Below are positions 60,458 to 64,000 of a stretch of DNA of 64,000 bases, in pieces. The stretch covers positions 1,229,206-1,293,205 of the forward strand of contig CAVQCN010000001.1 in NCBI GenBank assembly GCA_963711035.1. Direction: 5' to 3'. Position 1 is the first letter of the stretch, and every line of letters starts with the position of its first letter. The notes below the pieces were generated by a model. It had not been told where the DNA came from. It saw only the letters and a list, made by a program, of their open reading frames with translations, and searched no databases. A program made the position numbers and the translations under genes. The DNA comes from an uncultured Chloroflexia bacterium. Lineage in GTDB: Bacteria; Chloroflexota; Dehalococcoidia; DSTF01; WHTK01.

Positions 60458-60961
60458 ATGAAAGCCCTGGTCGTAGTTGATTCCAGGTTTGGCAACACGG
60501 AGGAGTTGGCGCGCATCATCGGCGACGCGCTGGTCGACAACTATGTGGTCGAGATCGTCAAGGCTCCGGCGCCGCTGCCGGCGGGCGAGTTCGACCTCGT
60601 CGTTGTAGGCGGACCGACGGAGGGGCACGGCATCAGCGTCAATCTGCGCCGCAGCCTCGGTGGCATATCGCGTCCCGATCTGAAGGGCGCGAAGGCGGCG
60701 GTCTTCGACACGCGTTTTCGCATGCCGCGCTTCCTCACCGGCTCGGCGGCCTCCGGTGCGGCGTCCCGCCTGCGCAAGGCCGGCTGCCAGCTGGTAGTCG
60801 AGCCCGAGAGCTTCTTCGTGCAACGCTCCAAGGCGCCCGAGGGCGAGCCACAGCGGGACGCTATCTTACTCGACGGCGAGAAGAGAGCGGGCAGAGCAGT
60901 GGGCGCTGGCGCTGTTGCAGCGCCTGGCGCTATCGCACGAGGCGCAGCGCGTCTGACATGA
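60458..60961 (+). CDS. Flavodoxin-like domain protein
   Basis: MKALVVVDSRFGNTEELA...DLVVVGGPTEGHG flavodoxin fold motifs. Confidence 0.7.
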   Translation: MKALVVVDSRFGNTEELARIIGDALVDNYVVEIVKAPAPLPAGEFDLVVVGGPTEGHGISVNLRRSLGGISRPDLKGAKAAVFDTRFRMPRFLTGSAASGAASRLRKAGCQLVVEPESFFVQRSKAPEGEPQRDAILLDGEKRAGRAVGAGAVAAPGAIARGAARLT

Positions 60962-60989
60962 CCGTGGGGGCGAGGACGAAGCTGGGCAG

Positions 60990-61440
60990 CGGCCACCTAT
61001 TTGGTGTCGCTGCCCTTGGCTTTCAATGTCGGGAACTTGTCGAAGTCTGATCACGACCGAGTCGATGGGTCCGCTGTCATTCGCCGCCGACCCCGCTTTC
61101 GACGGACGTGATGATCCGTTGGCAAACGTGGCGGAAACGTGGTGTTGACGCTGCCATCATCGGCTTGCTTGAGAGCCTCGAAGTGGCCCGTCTTGATCGA
61201 CTTGCCGGAAGCAGCCACCTGCATGAGCTTCGGCGTGCCGCCGTCCGTCGGTTTGAGGAATTTGATGTCAAACGAAGATGGCTCGGAATTCCCTGTGTTG
61301 CCTTGGTTAGTAACCGGTGACCTCGTGCGATTCCATGTTCAGCGAGAGGATGTCGATGTCCCCCTTGTGGCCGGGGACTTTGCTCTCGCCCTCGATTTTA
61401 TTTCCGTCCGCGGTCACGAGGTTGGCAACTCCCCAGGCCA
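60990..61440 (-). pseudogene. Hcp-family (type VI secretion tube-like) pseudogene fragmented over three reading frames
   Basis: Frame 1: VANLVTADGNKIEGESKVPGHKGDIDILSLNMESHEVTG (compare Hcp MAVDMFIKIGDVKGESKD.THAEEIDVLAWSWGMSQ). Frame 2: SSFDIKFLKPTDGGTPKLMQVAASGKSIKTGHFEALKQADDG (compare VQDLSFTKYIDKSTPNLMMACSSGKHYPQAKLTIRKAGG). Frame 3: RIITSVESGVGGE (compare VLVSSVSTGGSGGED). It then returns to frame 1 (PIDSVVIRLRQVPDIE). Confidence 0.55.
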
Positions 61441-61688
61441 CCGGTTTCTTTGGCTTTGGCCTCGTCGCTCTTATTCGGCGCCCGCTGCACAAGGAGGCGC
61501 TGCACGGCCTGATTGCCGATGGTGCGCTGCAGCCCGAGGATGCGCGCGGGGGAGAGGCCCGAAAGGGCGTGCGGGCGGACGCCGATCTCGGGGCGAGCCT
61601 TCGGCTGTTCTCGCAGCTCGTGCTTGCCCGACCGATGCCGGTGCAGCGGTGCCGCGCTGTGATGTGTCCGATTCATCAACTTGGCCAT
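61398..61688 (-). pseudogene. Orphan N-terminal leader fragment carrying the LQRTIGNQAVQRLL motif, typical of the N-termini of DUF4157 / eCIS-associated toxin-like proteins. It is truncated after 96 codons and overlaps the Hcp-like fragment in another frame.
   Basis: MAKLMNRTHHSAAPLHRHRSGKHELREQPKARPEIGVRPHALSGLSPARILGLQRTIGNQAVQRLLVQRAPNKSDEAKAKETGG. No downstream catalytic domain. Confidence 0.45.
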
Positions 61689-61824
61689 CTATGTGCCTTG
61701 AAGTCTATGGGGACCTCCGGGGAAATACAAGGCAGGAAGAAGGCTTCGTCGATTACCCCCGGGCCCATTGCGTCCAATAGTGACGATGCCAGAGGCGTTG
61801 ACACGGGAATGCAGCGTGCTGATG

Positions 61825-61913
61825 TGGTGCCGAAGGTGGGACTCGAACCCACACGAGGTGTTAGCCTCAACGGTTTTTGAGACCGTCGCGTCTGCCTATT
61901 CCGCCACTTCGGC
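61825..61913 (-). tRNA. tRNA-Leu (anticodon CAA) with a long variable arm and encoded CCA
   Basis: Acceptor GCCGAAG/CTTCGGC. D-arm GTGGCGGAATAGGCAGAC. Anticodon stem-loop ACGGT-CTCAAAA-ACCGT. GGTTCGAGTCC T-loop. ...CACCA 3' end. Confidence 0.85.
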
Positions 61914-62229
61914 GCGAGGTGAGCGAGAGCTAGTCTAGAGTTCGCCGCCCGGCGCGGGCAAGCTCCGGTACTCGTCCGAAACGGGAGCCGGCGATTGGTG
62001 GCCTCCCGCTGGCGGGGCGTGCATGATCCTGTGGTAAACGTCCCTCTATTGCCGGTTCGCTGCTAGGCCGCGGTCACCCGTGTTGGGCGGCTCGGTCCGA
62101 GGTCAACGCCTGAACAAATGATCGCTAGACAGCCAAGGTAGCACCGTGGATAGTCCGCCTAGCGATCCAGGCCGCCCGGATTGAATCGTTTCCCCGCCCC
62201 CGCCGCGCTAGCTTGAGGTAAGGAGACCC

Positions 62230-62784
62230 TTGAAGTCGCTAGTTCTTGTCGTCCTTGCACTGGGCGCCATCGGGGGCGCACTCATCGTACCGGCCGCTGC
62301 TCAGGATGGAGAGGTAACGGCCAAAGTCACACCACTTATGATCGCGGTAAACGTCTCATCGAGCCAAATCGATTACGGCAACCTGGAGCTGAGTCCGGCC
62401 GACAATGACAGGATGCACGCTGAGAGCGAGGCCATCACGGCCACCAACGTGGGAAATGTTCCCATCGACATGACGATATACGGTTCCAACGCCACTCCGG
62501 CCAATGGGGACGACGAGATCTGGACACTCGACTGTTCATCCGCTACCGGCGTGGTCGGGGACAATCAGTTCGTGCACCGCTTCTCGAAAGCAACTGGTCC
62601 GGTCTGGAACTCGTCAGACTCCAATACCCTCTGTCCATCCTCATCCCAGGCCAAGTCCCTGGCTTCGAATCTGCTGGCCGGGACCGGAGCGGTCGACTTC
62701 AGGCTGCGGCTCGATATGCCCACCAGCTCGACTGGCTATAGCCAGCGCTCGACCACCGTAACCATCGTTGCCGCCGCACATTAG
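62230..62784 (+). CDS. Secreted protein of unknown function (possible TasA/camelysin-like or pilin-like beta-sandwich)
   Basis: Signal peptide MKSLVLVVLALGAIGGALIVPAAAQD. Ser/Thr/Asn-rich mature part. Confidence 0.55.
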   Translation: MKSLVLVVLALGAIGGALIVPAAAQDGEVTAKVTPLMIAVNVSSSQIDYGNLELSPADNDRMHAESEAITATNVGNVPIDMTIYGSNATPANGDDEIWTLDCSSATGVVGDNQFVHRFSKATGPVWNSSDSNTLCPSSSQAKSLASNLLAGTGAVDFRLRLDMPTSSTGYSQRSTTVTIVAAAH

Positions 62785-63394
62785 AACGTTGACTGCGAGT
62801 CCGGTGAGGAAACTGCTCGCCGTCACGGTGTTGCTGTCGTTGTCCCTGTTCGCCATCGTTCACGCCGATCCGGGCGTCGGCGTGAACGTCGGTAGCATCG
62901 ACGTCGAGGACGAGCTGACGCCCGGCGGTGGCTACGACCTGCCTGGCGTGGGCGTCATCAACACCGGCGACGATGCGCTCGACTACACGCTGAGCGTCGG
63001 CTACGACGAGGGTCAGTCCGCGCTGCGTCCGCCCGAGGACTGGTTCGGCTTTCAGCCGTCGCGGTTTACGCTGGAGCCGGGCGCTGCCCGGGCGGTGAGC
63101 GTGCGACTCACCTTGCCCGCCAGCGCCCGGCCCGGCCACTACTTCGCTTACCTGGAAGCGCATCCAGTGGCTGCAGCCAATGGGGTGTCGGTGAGCGTGG
63201 CGGCCGCGACCAAGCTATCGTTCAGTGTGAAGCAGACGAGTTGGCTGGACGCGCAGCGGACGCGGCTCAATCGCTGGTTAGACGAGCATCAAACGCTCAT
63301 CTTTGTCGTGACCGGGACCGTTCTGCTCGGCTTGGCGCTCTGGACCTGGCGTCGCCTCCCTTTCGAGATAGCAGTGCGACGAAAGGGTGGTTGA
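62768..63394 (+). CDS. Exported protein with a C-terminal TM anchor; partner of the upstream secreted protein
   Basis: Signal LLAVTVLLSLSLFAIVHA. C-terminal TM LIFVVTGTVLLGLALWTW followed by RRLPFE. Overlaps the upstream gene by 17 nt. Confidence 0.55.
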   Translation: MPPHIRTLTASPVRKLLAVTVLLSLSLFAIVHADPGVGVNVGSIDVEDELTPGGGYDLPGVGVINTGDDALDYTLSVGYDEGQSALRPPEDWFGFQPSRFTLEPGAARAVSVRLTLPASARPGHYFAYLEAHPVAAANGVSVSVAAATKLSFSVKQTSWLDAQRTRLNRWLDEHQTLIFVVTGTVLLGLALWTWRRLPFEIAVRRKGG

Positions 63395-63556
63395 CGGCGC
63401 GTATGCAAGGTACCGAGTGCATGCGTGTAGCGGCAGGCCTAGATACCGATAACCACACATCGGCAATCCCGACAACTCGTGAGACTGGCGAAGATGCCAA
63501 CTGGCGACCTAGATGGGTCGCCAGTTGGGAGAAGCTTTGGGCAGGCTGACGTTGGG

Positions 63557-64000
63557 CTATGGGCGGTTCGCCGCCAGGCCGCCGTCGCCGGTGTTCGGCG
63601 GCTGGATGGTCGGCTGTGAGCCGGCTTGGGGCGCGACCGCCGTCGGCTGCGGCTGCTGGATCAGCGGACCGAAGAGGCCGCCGAGGTTAGGCCGGCTGAT
63701 CGGTCGAGGTGTTGGCGTGACTGTGGCTGTCGGAGAAGGTGTCGCCGTGTCCGACGGCGTGGCGGCAGGCGTTTCCGTTGGCTGTGGCGGCTGCAGCTCA
63801 TAGGCGCCGATGTCGCAGATGGGGCTGCCGTTGCCGTCGCCATCCTGAGGCCGCGAGACGCCGCGCTGGTCGATGCCGTTTACCGGGTCCGCGGCGCAGA
63901 TAGCGTTGTCGCCCGCATCGATGGCGTCGCTGCGGGGAAGCAGGGCGCGTGTCGTGGTTTGGCCGCCGTTGTTGTGCAGCGGACCCAGGTTGGGGTCGCC
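63557..64000 (-). CDS. 3' end of a large surface protein with a choice-of-anchor-Q / CSLREA-like terminal domain (partial; the N-terminus lies beyond the window)
   Basis: The minus-strand translation reads ...[68 protein letters not shown], followed by a Pro/Thr linker [25 protein letters not shown] and a stop near 63557. Confidence 0.55.
   Translation of the reverse strand, partial: GDPNLGPLHNNGGQTTTRALLPRSDAIDAGDNAICAADPVNGIDQRGVSRPQDGDGNGSPICDIGAYELQPPQPTETPAATPSDTATPSPTATVTPTPRPISRPNLGGLFGPLIQQPQPTAVAPQAGSQPTIQPPNTGDGGLAANRP

Noticed and set aside
60866-61271. ORFs 61077..61271 and 60866..61054 as independent small genes.
   Set aside because: They are alternative frames of the decayed Hcp-like gene. 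Segments of each match consecutive parts of the Hcp fold.

Overview
This is a 64 kb, high-GC (about 65-70%) chromosomal segment, densely coded and mostly on the minus strand. The gene content is largely housekeeping, with several unusual architectures. The main blocks, in order, are as follows. (1) A glycan-biosynthesis cluster at 65-6690: PglF/CapD-like dehydratase, PglC-like phosphoglycosyl transferase, DegT-type aminotransferase, SAM methyltransferase, GT2 and GT4. It is followed by a secreted protein with four tandem repeats. (2) A cytochrome bc-type complex operon at 8534-12968: cytochrome b6, a long subunit-IV-like protein, a 3-TM Rieske protein, and an unusual cytochrome c-cupredoxin fusion. 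(3) purF-purM-purH, where purH carries an internal frameshift. (4) A PadR/DUF1700 pair and a membrane-anchored LuxR-type HTH protein. (5) A complete F1Fo ATP synthase operon, atpI-B-E-F-H-A-G-D-C, at 22742-29931. (6) pyrF and a MoxR-DUF58-DUF4129 triad. (7) gdhA, an alpha/beta hydrolase, a MutY-like glycosylase, an ABC transporter, a radical-SAM SplB-like protein and a GT-C glycosyltransferase. (8) ileS, carrying two compensating frameshifts. (9) A 5'-3' exonuclease and sdhA-sdhB-sdhE (CCG subunit, no classical membrane anchor). (10) GNAT, SDR and MFS genes, a polytopic Tat-motif sulfite-oxidase-fold Mo enzyme, methylmalonyl-CoA epimerase, DUF4342 and a flavodoxin. (11) tRNA-Leu(CAA), flanked by a decayed remnant: a toxin/eCIS-style leader-motif fragment (LQRTIGNQAVQRLL) plus a multiply frameshifted Hcp-family pseudogene. 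(12) A pair of secreted proteins and the 3' end of a large choice-of-anchor-type surface protein. At least three families of short GC-rich palindromic or MITE-like repeats are scattered through the intergenic regions. I saw no CRISPR array, transposase or integrase. The lineage looks terrabacterial (Chloroflexota- or Actinobacteria-like), but I cannot assign it from sequence alone.
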